A stretch of DNA of 64,000 nucleotides from an uncultured Nitrospiraceae bacterium (GTDB lineage Bacteria > Nitrospirota > Nitrospiria > Nitrospirales > Nitrospiraceae), in the NCBI GenBank assembly GCA_963730935.1, contig CAVSTP010000002.1, positions 256,001 to 320,000 of the forward strand, written 5' to 3'. A program made the position numbers and the translations under genes. This document shows positions 50,600 through 61,122 of the stretch, one piece after another. The notes below the pieces were generated by a model, which did not search any database, was not told where the DNA came from, and saw only the letters and a list, made by a program, of their open reading frames with translations. Position 1 is the first letter of the stretch; every line of letters begins with the position of its first letter.

Positions 50600-51022
50600 T
50601 TCATTGCCCTCCTTTTTCCGATCAGCATCTATCGGGTGTGCCACCCGCAGCTACAAAACCAGGGAGACATTGGATCACGCTTTGTCAGCAAGCGCCGACA
50701 ACAAGGGCAGTGTCTTGTCCATACCTGCCTCCCGCTTTGATCCCTGCCTCCCTCTGGCGTGCCCTCAGGGGATCTTACGAGGTGTTGTCTATAGATTACC
50801 ACTTTAAGGGTCCTCCGTCTTTGGAAAGGACCTGACTGACCTGACTTCAGCCTACAACGAGACAGGGGGAAAATCCATGCAGCTTTAGGTGGGGAAGGCA
50901 GCGCTGCCCCCCTCATAGGTCGGTGCCGAATCTGCCCGGGCCGCTGTCCTCTTTCTGGCAAGACCCCAGGAACGCCGATTCGCCTTACACTCCCGCAGAA
51001 GGGGCTTCGGGGTCGCTTGACG

Positions 51023-51250
51023 CTACGCTGCGTCAAGCTCAACATCCATGAGGTTGTCCAGCGCGCGTTGGACAGCGGCTGAGATGACCGGTTGCTCGGC
51101 TTTGGGGATATACTTCGCCAGCTGGGCAGGGGAGTACACGTGTGCATGATACTCCTGCTCCAACTCCTTTTTGGCAAGGGCATTGCCTTTCGCAGCCAAC
51201 CGCAGCAGGGCACGACGATGTTCGACTTCTTCCTCCATTGTATTCCACAT
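51023..51250 (-). CDS. Small hypothetical protein
   Basis: GGAGGG RBS; follows the 51263-51523 ORF by 12 nt. Confidence 0.55.
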   Translation of the reverse strand: MWNTMEEEVEHRRALLRLAAKGNALAKKELEQEYHAHVYSPAQLAKYIPKAEQPVISAAVQRALDNLMDVELDAA

Positions 51251-51262
51251 AGATACCCTCCC

Positions 51263-51523
51263 TTATGGTTCGGCTAAGACGCCGACTACCGGCAGATCTT
51301 GGGAGCCGCTTCTCTTGTCCTGTGCGGCTTGCTTGACTCGTTCAACCGCCACATTCGTGGGCAGAAATACAGAGAGCAGGACAAGCAAGCCTAGCAGTAG
51401 AAGTACCAATCCCACCGCTGTCCAGTCGCTGCGCCATTGTACCCGGCGGACCGCTCGTCGAGCGGATCGCCTTTGCAGCCAGAGAGAATGCCCGACCTGC
51501 GGATCTTGCGACAATGAAGCCAT
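51263..51523 (-). CDS. Small membrane protein
   Basis: One TM segment; GGAG RBS; downstream of the sigma54-like promoter. Confidence 0.55.
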   Translation of the reverse strand: MASLSQDPQVGHSLWLQRRSARRAVRRVQWRSDWTAVGLVLLLLGLLVLLSVFLPTNVAVERVKQAAQDKRSGSQDLPVVGVLAEP

Positions 51524-51580
51524 GGATATCTCCCTCGAAGGTGCTTGTCCACCTGCTTGCGGCTCCCGCCCGTCAGCTAG

Positions 51581-51692
51581 GCAAGGCGCATGCCTTCTTA
51601 CGATATCGCTAAAAGCTTGGGAGAACCAATGATTTCCTAGGTTGCCCTGTGTAATGGGATAACTTGTCCAGGGCTAGGAGATAAATTGTCCC
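51581..51692 (-). promoter_or_regulatory. Sigma54-like promoter with tandem upstream activator-like sites
   Basis: Minus strand GGCATGCGCCTTGC (GG-N10-GC, 51594-51581); GGGATAACTTGTCCA (51656-70) and GAGATAAATTGTCCC (51678-92). Confidence 0.55.
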
Positions 51693-51887
51693 GTGCATGG
51701 AGATGAAACTCCTGGGTGCTGCTCATGTTCCTGTAGTCTCCTCCGCAATTCCTCGAAAGAGCTAGAGTAGGACCCTATGAGGATGTCAAATCCTCTGTTT
51801 GATACTTCCCATTAGGAAAACTTTACGCTGCCAACTCGGGAACTTTACCTGGGTTAGAGAGCCCTCTAACATGGCCAGATTGCGACC

Positions 51888-52178
51888 ATGCTACCTTTCT
51901 CACAGGAGGTAGAAATGTCTCGTAGGCGAATGCGGCGGAACGATCTCATTTGGAACGGCAGCGACTGGCGTCGAGGGTGGGAAATAGCCCTGATGCGGAT
52001 TCGTGGGGTCCCTACCGCGGTTTCAGAGAAACTGGCCTATCATCACGCGATCGATATGCTCGACGGCGCCTTTGCAAGAGGCGATGCATTTCAATTTCAG
52101 CTCGGGATCATTATGATCTTGGATTGTTGCAACGAAGCGATTGAAGGGGGCGACTGTTCTCAGTGGTGGGTCGACTAG
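51888..52178 (+). CDS. Hypothetical protein (likely start at MSRRR, after AGGAGG)
   Basis: Strong RBS inside the ORF 5' end; no family recognised. Confidence 0.55.
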   Translation: MLPFSQEVEMSRRRMRRNDLIWNGSDWRRGWEIALMRIRGVPTAVSEKLAYHHAIDMLDGAFARGDAFQFQLGIIMILDCCNEAIEGGDCSQWWVD

Positions 52179-52269
52179 CAGGCCTCTATGCCGCCAGCTA
52201 GAGTTTTGAGCGAAATCCCAACGACAGTCCGGTTCGTACCTCGCAGGCACACGGTCTACCATTCGCTGA

Positions 52270-53661
52270 CTACTGAACAGCGAGAACTTCATTTACAACA
52301 GAGCGCAGACAGTCCGCGATCGCGGCATTGGCTTGCGGAGAGTAGTGATTACCCGAAGCAACAAGCCGATCAGCAGGGGGTGACTTCAGCAGACAGGGCA
52401 CGAGATCCGCAGGCTCAATGTCAGCCTTCTGCAACACTTGCCTGCCGGTGCCCACAGGTGAAATTGCCTTTTCCAGCTCGATCGGTGCCGGTAAGTAAAC
52501 GACAATCGGGATGGCCCCCGCTTGTGCTGCCGACTGAAGAAACGCCTTCAAAATAGATGTATTAACCGCTACAAGCGCATCATCAGACACCTCGGGATTT
52601 GGCCGCGACCAGCTGGAGTAATGGGATACGAACAGCCGAGCTAAAAAGGAGACATGATAGGGCTTGTACTGCCAGTCGCTTTCTTTGTAGCCGACCTCGT
52701 ACTCCAGAAAGGGCAGCTCAGAAATCGATGCCTTTGAAAAGATAGTTTCAGGAGAAAGAGCAGGAACATTCATTTCCTTGACCCCCCCATCACGAATAAT
52801 AAATCGAGGTTTGGAAAAGGGGTAGTTCCAATCACGATGTGAGAGAAAAGTGTAAACCATCATTGTTCGCCTCACAGCACCGGCATTGATGGCGAACATC
52901 ACGATCCTTGGTTTCCAGAGACGGACATCCCTGTCAAACCGGAGAAATTCCTGGTCTACACCATACCCTGGTACCCCAAAGTTCAAAACTTGAAACTCCG
53001 AACCTAACGACTTCTCCAAAACGTATCCCCACGTATCCTCGTACGCTACTTCCAGACCAAAGGTATAAGAGTCTCCAAGCAGAGCAATTCGTATCTTCTC
53101 TCCATGCTTGGTGAGTCCAGTGTCTGAATGAGGAATCCGTATTCCGCTTGAGTCCGTAGAATAAAGCGTGTCGGCCTTCGCTCTGTCAGGACCGACGGTC
53201 CAACCTAGGATGGCATCATGCACCAGGTAAGACAGGTCCCCCGATGGGTGGGAAATAAGCTCGCGATGGTGCAGAGCCACCTTTGACCAATCCAGCGGCC
53301 TTAAGACTGTGCCTAAAAGGACTTCGTTCTCTTGGGAACTGATAGCGTTCGCCCTCAGGGTAATCTCGACGATCAAGAGAAATAGTGTCACGGTGAGGAG
53401 GCTTATCACGGCAACGCGACGGAAGTGGTGAGTGAGTGTTCGTGCACTTGCGAGATACTGCTGGGTAATGACTGCCACGGCTCCGAGTAGGACGCCGATT
53501 GCGACAAGAAAACTTACGCCTGGTTTGCTGGATAAGAATATAAAAAAAGGTCTCTCACCTTTCATGTAAATCGCAATCACAAGGACTATAAGCGCCAATT
53601 CGGAAAGGAAGAGGGCAAAAAGGAGCAGCAGCGTTTTGGGGTGTCTGAGACTCGTGGGCAT
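52270..53661 (-). CDS. Membrane-anchored SGNH/GDSL hydrolase-family protein
   Basis: Three TM segments, LGDSYTFG, LNFGVPGYG, NHYSPQAN. Confidence 0.85.
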   Translation of the reverse strand: MPTSLRHPKTLLLLFALFLSELALIVLVIAIYMKGERPFFIFLSSKPGVSFLVAIGVLLGAVAVITQQYLASARTLTHHFRRVAVISLLTVTLFLLIVEITLRANAISSQENEVLLGTVLRPLDWSKVALHHRELISHPSGDLSYLVHDAILGWTVGPDRAKADTLYSTDSSGIRIPHSDTGLTKHGEKIRIALLGDSYTFGLEVAYEDTWGYVLEKSLGSEFQVLNFGVPGYGVDQEFLRFDRDVRLWKPRIVMFAINAGAVRRTMMVYTFLSHRDWNYPFSKPRFIIRDGGVKEMNVPALSPETIFSKASISELPFLEYEVGYKESDWQYKPYHVSFLARLFVSHYSSWSRPNPEVSDDALVAVNTSILKAFLQSAAQAGAIPIVVYLPAPIELEKAISPVGTGRQVLQKADIEPADLVPCLLKSPPADRLVASGNHYSPQANAAIADCLRSVVNEVLAVQ

Positions 53662-53747
53662 CCTAAGATGACAAGTACCGAGGCGTATTACTGTTTGTCT
53701 ACGTGACTTTTTACCTTCGTGATAGAAATCTTGAAGGAAAGATAACT

Positions 53748-53822
53748 TGGTGCGCCCGGTAAGAATTGGACCTGAAAGATGCGGGTTCGAAGCCCGACGC
53801 TCTCCGACTGAGCTACTGGCGC
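53748..53822 (-). pseudogene. Degenerate, near full-length tRNA-Arg(UCG) copy
   Basis: GCGCCAG TA GCTC AGTCGGA GAGC G TCGGG CT TCG AA CCCGC ATCTT TCAGG TCCAATT CTTAC CGGGCGC A CCA; T-stem broken, T-loop mutated, D-loop shortened. Confidence 0.8.
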
Positions 53823-54226
53823 CGAAGCTATTTCAAGCACTTTTCCTAAGAAATTGTCAAGGATATGTGCAGAGACCGTCTCTTTGAAATGATATCCGCT
53901 GAAGACCCCGGCCACCGAATGGATGCAGGGCATTTTTCCGGGACATCGCGCTGATCGGCAGCGGTCGTATGCTTGAATGCGAAGCCCGCTGGTCAAAAAA
54001 TGGCATAAATGGCTGGAGCAACCACGCTTCCTTCAAGAAAGAAGGCAAGTGCACTTAATAGTAGGAGCACAAAAACAACTGGTGCCAGCCAATAGGACCT
54101 ATTCTCTTTGAGATAAATTCCAAATTCGTGGATCAGGCTGAAATGATCTTTCATTTTTGAAATTGTGTCCATCGATTCCTCCTCGATAAATCGCCATCAG
54201 GCTGCACAGCTTCAGCAGAAATCGGG

Positions 54227-55486
54227 TTAGACCGGCACCGCAGGCATCTTTTTGTCCTTAGATGTGGAAGACCAGCGCTTGGCGTACAAGCAGCACTCCC
54301 TAAACAGGATGAATGAGAGGATGGCACCGGGATAGAACCAGAATCCCCCGAATCGAGAGGTTACACCGCCGCACACGAGCGCCACGATAATCGACATGAA
54401 ATCGGCCACCGGCCCCAGCGGGTCAAATACCTGCATGTGCCTGGCAGTCGTGAGAAACCCGTCTTTACGAACCACCTCCTGCTGCCACGGTCGTTTTTCA
54501 TACGGCTTAAGGCGATCGGTTTGCGGCACAGCCGGCGCAGCGGTATCCATGAGAACGTTGGTATCGCAGGCATCAATGCATGCATAGCACTTTATGCAAT
54601 CGCGATTGATCACCTTGCCATCAAAGTGGAAGATCTCCCTGCTGACATCGATGCCCTGGGGACAGGCATTACTACAATCGCGACAGCCGTTACACTGCGC
54701 CACACGCGTGATTTTTTTCTGTACCGGTGAGATGTTCATCAGGGGGGCCATCATCGGTGCATAGGGACACAAGATCCGGCAGAAGGCCCCCTGTCCATAG
54801 CGTAGGTTCAGCACGATGCTCATCGTAAATTGAATAAACACGGCCAAGCCAAACGCCAGTACGATATCACTCCAGGTCGGCTTGATTTCAAAATTGAAGA
54901 AGGCAGTCTCTGCGAAGGCTTTGCCTCCGTAGCCGGGGTTATCAGCAAGTGGCGATGGCGCCATCACGTTGACCTTAGGAGAGAACCCGACATTGTGAAT
55001 CAGAATGATGACCGGCAACAGGAGCACAAAAAAAGCACCGATTCTTAAGAGCCATCGATGCGGCGTGTTGACCAGCACATTCTTTTCGCGCAATTTCAGA
55101 TACTGACGGACTTTGAGCTTTCGTAAGATCCAGTCCGCGAATTCGATTGCGCCTCGCATGTGGCAGACCCAGCCACAAAATCCTCGCCCATAGAAGAAGA
55201 TTGAACCTAAAATCAAGAGCACCATAATCGAGGCCGCGTTGATGGTTCCGTTGGCGAGAGAGGGCACCCCCATCATCGCGGTCTTGCCCCAAATCTTGAT
55301 GTCGAACACATGCCATAAAAGAATATGCAGCGCGATATAGCCATGCACGGCGGCCAGCGCAATCATGCGATACCTGTGGCGCTTGGTCGGGGGCAAGTTC
55401 AAAGGCCGATGAAGATGGCAACTGGGGGCATCGGAGCCGACTGGACGTTTCTCGATGACGATGAGATTGCTTTGTGAGGACGACAT
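54227..55486 (-). CDS. Membrane 4Fe-4S protein (NapH/CcoG-like polyferredoxin)
   Basis: GRGFCGWVCH, FCRILCP, CNGCRDCSNACP, CIKCYACIDAC; several TM segments. Confidence 0.85.
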   Translation of the reverse strand: MSSSQSNLIVIEKRPVGSDAPSCHLHRPLNLPPTKRHRYRMIALAAVHGYIALHILLWHVFDIKIWGKTAMMGVPSLANGTINAASIMVLLILGSIFFYGRGFCGWVCHMRGAIEFADWILRKLKVRQYLKLREKNVLVNTPHRWLLRIGAFFVLLLPVIILIHNVGFSPKVNVMAPSPLADNPGYGGKAFAETAFFNFEIKPTWSDIVLAFGLAVFIQFTMSIVLNLRYGQGAFCRILCPYAPMMAPLMNISPVQKKITRVAQCNGCRDCSNACPQGIDVSREIFHFDGKVINRDCIKCYACIDACDTNVLMDTAAPAVPQTDRLKPYEKRPWQQEVVRKDGFLTTARHMQVFDPLGPVADFMSIIVALVCGGVTSRFGGFWFYPGAILSFILFRECCLYAKRWSSTSKDKKMPAVPV

Positions 55487-55810
55487 CCCCGTAAGCTTCC
55501 AGGTTGTACGCAGACTATAGTGTATGTATTAAGACAAAAACATTATTCTGAAGGTGGGCAGTACTAGTTCGTAGGATGGCCCGAAGGCGGTGCCGAACAT
55601 GCGTCGCAGTTCTTCGTTCATGAACAAGTCCTGGATGTGCTGGATGATTCCGCTTCAATGAGTGCGCGGTAGGATGATTGTTTCCCACCGGTAAAAGAGT
55701 GCATGAAGGTGCTTCACCAAATCATAGAAAGATTGGCTGCCAGCGAATTCCAAAGTACCATGCGGGTTGATAAGAGGGAGCAATTGAAGGACTTTAGAGA
55801 AGAGAGCCTC

Positions 55811-56974
55811 ATGCGCTCAAGAAGCGGACACATGCTGGTCGCCCTATCTGCGTGGACGATCTTACTACTCGCAGCCACCCATCGTTCGGAACAGCCTGAG
55901 GTGTTCGGGCTCTATAGTTGGAGGTATGTCTACCTCCTTGCCGCGTTCGTTGGTGCCGCCTGTACGATCTCGCTCACCAAGCCTACGTGGTTGGTCCAGC
56001 TCTGGCAGGCCAGAGCCAAGATCTTCATCAGCGGTGCATCATTGCTCTTGACGATTTGTTTAGCTGAGTTGGGTATTCGTGCCGTTGATGCCTACGGCGT
56101 CTCTTACTACGAATCAGTTAGCGAGTACATGCGGAACATGGAAGCAGATTCCTTTAGGGTCTACCGTCACAAGGCCTCTTCAGAACAAAGATATGGCAAT
56201 GTAACCGTGACGTATAATGAGAAGGGATTGCGCGATCTTCCTATTCTTCCAAAAGCTGAAGGGGAATTTAGAATTCTCACTCTTGGAGACTCGATCGTTT
56301 ACGGATGGGGCGTGCCACAGGACCAGATCTTTACCGTAAGGCTCGAGCAGTTGCTGCAAAGCCGCCTGGGAGGCATGGTACGGGTCATTAATACCGGAGT
56401 AGGTGGGTATAACACCGTTCAAGAGGTGAGGTATTTCAAACAGGAAGGGATCACATTTCACCCCGATTTGGTGGTGTTGACCTATGTCGAGAATGACATC
56501 GAAGAAACTCCTTCATATCTGATCTCTGATGTGGATGCGCGTGCACAGTCGTTTCCAGAATTGGTGGTAAGGACGTTGCAGAAATTATGGCTTTATCGAC
56601 TGGTCGATCATGTGCAGCGCTATGGCTTCCATGTGCGGGAGGATGATCGGCCGATGCGTTTATCGGGCCGTAAAGGATGGAATGATTCAATGTCAGCAAT
56701 AAACGAACTCGTGTCAATGTGTGGAGCGCACAACATACCCCTCATGATCTTCTACTACAGATTAAGAGTCGATACTGAGAATCCGTTGCTACATGACGTC
56801 GTATCGCATGCGAAGGGCGTGCCGGTCAAAGATGTCGGCCAATGGTTTGCCGGACATGATATCTCTACGCTGATAATCTCTAAGGTAGATCCTCACCCTA
56901 ATGCTGAAGCCCACCAAATGATGGCTGAACACATGGCCGTCGACATTCAGCACTTCATCGTCACGCCGAGATGA
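55811..56974 (+). CDS. Membrane-anchored SGNH/GDSL hydrolase-family protein
   Basis: TM segments, LGDSIVYG, NTGVGGYN, ND, DPHPN. Confidence 0.85.
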   Translation: MRSRSGHMLVALSAWTILLLAATHRSEQPEVFGLYSWRYVYLLAAFVGAACTISLTKPTWLVQLWQARAKIFISGASLLLTICLAELGIRAVDAYGVSYYESVSEYMRNMEADSFRVYRHKASSEQRYGNVTVTYNEKGLRDLPILPKAEGEFRILTLGDSIVYGWGVPQDQIFTVRLEQLLQSRLGGMVRVINTGVGGYNTVQEVRYFKQEGITFHPDLVVLTYVENDIEETPSYLISDVDARAQSFPELVVRTLQKLWLYRLVDHVQRYGFHVREDDRPMRLSGRKGWNDSMSAINELVSMCGAHNIPLMIFYYRLRVDTENPLLHDVVSHAKGVPVKDVGQWFAGHDISTLIISKVDPHPNAEAHQMMAEHMAVDIQHFIVTPR

Positions 56975-57110
56975 TTCAAGCAGACTAACCAAGGCGAGCA
57001 AGTCAGGGACTTCTCCGCAGTTCTTCAAGATTTCATCTGAAGGCATTCGCAAGAAGACCCTGCAATTTCCGTTGGGTAGTCAATACGCTCCACAACCGCC
57101 AAGATCGATG

Positions 57111-58478
57111 CTACATCCCTGGCGCAGGGAACGATGCGACAGCACTATCTGCTACCAGCACCCAGTCTCCAGTGGTCGGGGGAGTAAAATGTTGCGGCGT
57201 GTTGGTGGGAAAGGTTCCAATCTGGGTTGCCGCTCCGGTGCTGGGATCATACCACCACGCAATCATCCTGCTTCCAGTAAGGCAATCCCCGCTCACGGTG
57301 ATCGCACGGGATGATGGCAGGTAGGCGATGATCGAGGTCCCATCAGAGGCACAAGCCGCTGAGGCGTAGTCTGTGCTCCCGAACGTTCCATTCCCGGCCA
57401 TAATGACGGTCTGAGACGTGTCGGGGATGAGAGTCTGCCAATGGCGGGAATGAAATAACGCCCCGAAATGCTGCATACTCAGGGAACCTGGGCTCTCAAG
57501 TTGCGCTCGCCAATCCGTGAGAGGAGCGCAGTCCGAGCCTGCAAAGCCGAACCCCCAAAGCGGGCAGTTCCCAAACATATGACCGAATCCTCCGCTGAGG
57601 ACGGTCCAATAGGATTGCGCGCGGATCGCCTGAGCATCCCGAGCCTTGACATTTTCGTACTGTGATTCTATGAGAAAAAATGGCTTGGCGGGAGAGATCC
57701 TATGGGCATCAAGGGCTTGCTCATAGTCGATGCCCTCGGTGTAAGTGCTGTTGATAGTGAGCCAGTCGGCCCCGGACCATGGTGTCACAGCCATAACTCC
57801 CCGCGCGTTGTGGACGGTGAACGAGTGGCGTGTGTCTTTCGATCGAATACCATCGATCATTGCCTCTAACTTTGACTTTACAGGGGTTGGGTCTGCATCC
57901 CCACCTATCACCCAAACGATATTTTCGTAATTGGCGTAGCGGCTCCCGACATATTCGCCCCATCCCCTCATCTCCGATTCGGTCGCGTTTTTCACTTCCG
58001 CACACCAGCCGCCATCGTCATCGCCGCACTCAAAGCCGAGGAACACTGGGAATAGGAACACGGCAAGCCCTTTCTCGGCCGCCATTCTCAGAACCTTATC
58101 TGCATGGGTGAAGTACTCTTCACGCGGCGTGGTGAAGGGTTTCCCGGTAAAGGCTGTGAATCCATCCACGTTTGCAGGGGCATTGGGCGCAAACCTTCTT
58201 TCGAGGAGATTGGCGAGCACTGCCGTGAAGCCATGCTGCTTCCGATTCTCGAGGTAGAACTCTGCGTCCGCAGCAGAGAGTGCGGAGAACAATGACCAGG
58301 CCGAATCGCCGACGAGGAGGAACACCTTCGCGCTCTGATCAACCAAATGGCGCGCCGTTGGTGCCACCGTAAGCGGATAGCTGTACGCCGTAGCAGCAGT
58401 GGAGGTAGGGTTTTCGTCACCGCCACCACATGACAAAAGTAACGCTGAGAGCACAAGAACCATAAGTAATCTCTGCAT
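57111..58478 (-). CDS. Lipoprotein glycoside hydrolase (apiosidase/DUF4038-like with C-terminal collagen-binding-like domain)
   Basis: LLSC lipobox, VGDSAW, YLENRK.HGF, WVIGGD, FLIESQYE, AWWYDPSTG, DWVLV. Confidence 0.8.
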   Translation of the reverse strand: MQRLLMVLVLSALLLSCGGGDENPTSTAATAYSYPLTVAPTARHLVDQSAKVFLLVGDSAWSLFSALSAADAEFYLENRKQHGFTAVLANLLERRFAPNAPANVDGFTAFTGKPFTTPREEYFTHADKVLRMAAEKGLAVFLFPVFLGFECGDDDGGWCAEVKNATESEMRGWGEYVGSRYANYENIVWVIGGDADPTPVKSKLEAMIDGIRSKDTRHSFTVHNARGVMAVTPWSGADWLTINSTYTEGIDYEQALDAHRISPAKPFFLIESQYENVKARDAQAIRAQSYWTVLSGGFGHMFGNCPLWGFGFAGSDCAPLTDWRAQLESPGSLSMQHFGALFHSRHWQTLIPDTSQTVIMAGNGTFGSTDYASAACASDGTSIIAYLPSSRAITVSGDCLTGSRMIAWWYDPSTGAATQIGTFPTNTPQHFTPPTTGDWVLVADSAVASFPAPGM

Positions 58479-59031
58479 GTTAAATCCCCTAAGAGGTAAT
58501 AATCAAAGTTGTCATGCCTGTGCCTGCAGTCCTGTGAAGCCTTCACGAAAGACCTGCCAGTGCAGTTGATCTCAACGGCGCGCTGGGCACCGCAGCCTGT
58601 CTCGTCGCCGTCTATGGTCTAGGTATCGGTGGTGACGGAGGCCAACGCCGGTGGATACACCGATGCAGGCCCGACCTATTCCGGCCAGGAGAGGACTACG
58701 AGTCGAGGAAAGTTAGGCAGAGGGAGGATCAGTTTGGGACGGGCTGGAGGTGTGCCTATCTCTGGCGTAAGGATGGCACATAGTGGACCTACTACTCAGC
58801 ATTGCGACACTTATTCCCGATTACGCTAAATCAGACCCAACCGATGATCCAGCGGATCAGACTTCGGAATGCGGGGGGAGTATACGCAACTTTGCACCAT
58901 TGCGCAACCAAGAAAAAGTGGGCGAGACAGGCACGCCGACTAATGGTTGCCAAAGCTAGATGGAAACCGCAACCCGCGCGACCGACGGCGGTGACTCGAA
59001 TCAGTAGCGGACCGCAATGCTTGATAATTAC

Positions 59032-59078
59032 TGGTGCGCCCGGCAGGAATTGAACCTGAGACCTGCGGATTCGAAGTC
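59032..59078 (-). repeat. tRNA-Arg(UCG) 3' fragment (att-like site)
   Basis: Reverse complement GACTTCGAATCCGCAGGTCTCAGGTTCAATTCCTGCCGGGCGCACCA; similarity stops at the anticodon arm. Confidence 0.85.
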
Positions 59079-59129
59079 ACTTTCCGAAGTGGTGGAAACA
59101 CAGGATAACCGCATGAACACTGACACTTC

Positions 59130-59279
59130 AGCAGGCAGGTAACGGCGGAACGCCTCCACTCCCTCAAGCACGTTCAGTCCTCGTATGATGGCTTCAGATC
59201 CGGCGTGCAGGACAACCTGGTCCCACTGCACAAGCTTTCCATTCATGTATGCAATCTCAGGTCGTTTTAATTGGGCCAC
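59130..59279 (-). pseudogene. Truncated class IV (branched-chain) aminotransferase N-terminus (3' limit approximate)
   Basis: IAYMNGKLVQWDQVVLH...AIIRGLNVLEGVEAF resembles the IlvE N-terminus; similarity ends shortly before the att-like site. Confidence 0.65.
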
Positions 59280-59312
59280 AGTTCCCTCCCCTGAATTCCT
59301 TCCTTCACAGGG

Positions 59313-60146
59313 CTATCGATAACTTCTTGTCGCACGGACAAGGTCTGCCGGAGTGCCGATGTCGATATAGCTACCATTGGAAAATGGCACGCATTCGACC
59401 GGCATTCCACTGTCTACAGCCGATCGGAACACCGCGCCGACCGGCACATCACCCTGTGCGTCAATTCGGAGGTCCGCCCCGAAATTATTTTTATCGGATC
59501 TCATGAATTCATGCAGAAAACGTGTGAACTCCGGCGTCCAGACCGCACAAGCCCAGGCAAACTGCAGGTGGGTCGCTTCTGGCTTGAGCAAGACCGACTG
59601 AACACGGCCAAGAGAGTCATACTCGATCATATCCATGGCACGACAATCATGCGCCGCAGGGAAGAGGCCTAAGACCACTTCGGACCTGCCTTCGTTTAAC
59701 CGCGCAATCAGTTGCTGAAATAGATCCGCGGGCTCCAATAAAATATCCGGGAACCCGAACGCGACGATATGCTCCTTTGTGAAGGGATATGCACGGTCGA
59801 CGCTATCTGGGGGACCGGAGGAGCCTGAAATCACTACATAAGCCAGATCCATTCCGATGCGACGGCCATCACCAAAGTAGGTTGGGATATCCCACTTGCC
59901 GTCACGAATGATCACATAGGTTTTGGTGACTCCGGCGGATTTCAGCCTATCGAGCAAATACTCGGCAGCAACTTTCGGTCGAGGTTTGCAGGTTTCGCTA
60001 TCCGTGATGATTCCAACAGGAAACAACTCCTTGCTGCAGGGCAACAGACCGAGCCTTCTCGACCAACCAGCTGCAGGCACGACGCCGACCACTTCTCGAT
60101 CTCGCACTTTCACCGGATTGCACACCGCATCTTCTAGGTCGCCCAT
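59313..60146 (-). CDS. Sugar-phosphate nucleotidyltransferase-like protein
   Basis: GVVPAAGWSRRL...SKELFPVG, FGFPD, YIDIGTP. Confidence 0.85.
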   Translation of the reverse strand: MGDLEDAVCNPVKVRDREVVGVVPAAGWSRRLGLLPCSKELFPVGIITDSETCKPRPKVAAEYLLDRLKSAGVTKTYVIIRDGKWDIPTYFGDGRRIGMDLAYVVISGSSGPPDSVDRAYPFTKEHIVAFGFPDILLEPADLFQQLIARLNEGRSEVVLGLFPAAHDCRAMDMIEYDSLGRVQSVLLKPEATHLQFAWACAVWTPEFTRFLHEFMRSDKNNFGADLRIDAQGDVPVGAVFRSAVDSGMPVECVPFSNGSYIDIGTPADLVRATRSYR

Positions 60147-60154
60147 CCCTCGGG

Positions 60155-61078
60155 CTAAGCTACCTGATAAACCTTGTCGCCCTTGGCCACGGTGTTGTCG
60201 TCATAGAGCCTCACGATCTCCTCAGGAATCCGCGTAGTTAAATCCGCTCCTCGCAGGTAGTCTCTCATGGTTGTTCCCGTAGACTCTTCGTCAACTCGAG
60301 GCGCTCCCCGCCTCTGGGCTGCGTCTTCACTGTTCACGACTCTGAAATCGATACTGAAGCGTGTTTTTCCGGACGTATTCGGCACGCTCGAATGCAGCTG
60401 CGCCCCCGAAAATAGAATGATTCCTCCCGCCGGTACGAGAAGCCGAATCTGCGGATCCATTTCGATGGGCTCGGTCGGTCGAGAAAGCGGGCGCGTGTCT
60501 GCCTTCAACATTTGAGCGACATGCGTGCCCCGGTGCTGTTTATTCCACTCATAATAGTTATGGCCGCTGGAATCATTCTTGACGGCACGGTTCCAATATT
60601 TGGGATGGAAGGCCATCGCATTGTCGGACTGTATATCGTAAATGGGGATCCACCAATTGATCTGGCAAGAAGGAGCTGAGTACCACGTGTCGCGATGTGG
60701 ATGCCATGCATAGGCGATCCCAGTCGTCAGAAAGCCATCACTGGTCGAACTCCGCATCTTTGGTACATCGAAGTAGGTCTCACTTAAGTCGGCACCCATA
60801 TCCGCCAGGATGTTCTGGAGATGTTGCTTGGAATCCGGGTGGTGGATAAAAGATGGCTTCAACCTCCCCAATACTTCGGCATATTGCTCAACCGGGATGT
60901 GGTACTGGGCTGTTTCAGGATCCAAGGGGGCAAATGCCTCCTCAATGAGCTTGCGCGCATGCTGAATGAATGCCAGCGTGCTAGGCCTCGGAGAAAAGAC
61001 AAACAGTTGTCCTTCAAAAATCTCTTGGCGCCGCTTGTCGTCTGAGAGAGGGGAGTCATAGTACACCGTGTTGTTCAT
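60155..61078 (-). CDS. Probable Fe(II)-dependent jelly-roll oxygenase
   Basis: HPHRDTWY (HxD), NWWIPI, FSGAQLHSS.PN...TRFSIDFR; GGAGG RBS. Confidence 0.65.
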   Translation of the reverse strand: MNNTVYYDSPLSDDKRRQEIFEGQLFVFSPRPSTLAFIQHARKLIEEAFAPLDPETAQYHIPVEQYAEVLGRLKPSFIHHPDSKQHLQNILADMGADLSETYFDVPKMRSSTSDGFLTTGIAYAWHPHRDTWYSAPSCQINWWIPIYDIQSDNAMAFHPKYWNRAVKNDSSGHNYYEWNKQHRGTHVAQMLKADTRPLSRPTEPIEMDPQIRLLVPAGGIILFSGAQLHSSVPNTSGKTRFSIDFRVVNSEDAAQRRGAPRVDEESTGTTMRDYLRGADLTTRIPEEIVRLYDDNTVAKGDKVYQVA

Positions 61079-61122
61079 TGTATCCTCCGTCCTTCAAGAA
61101 CAATCCAGCATTCCCATGTCTT

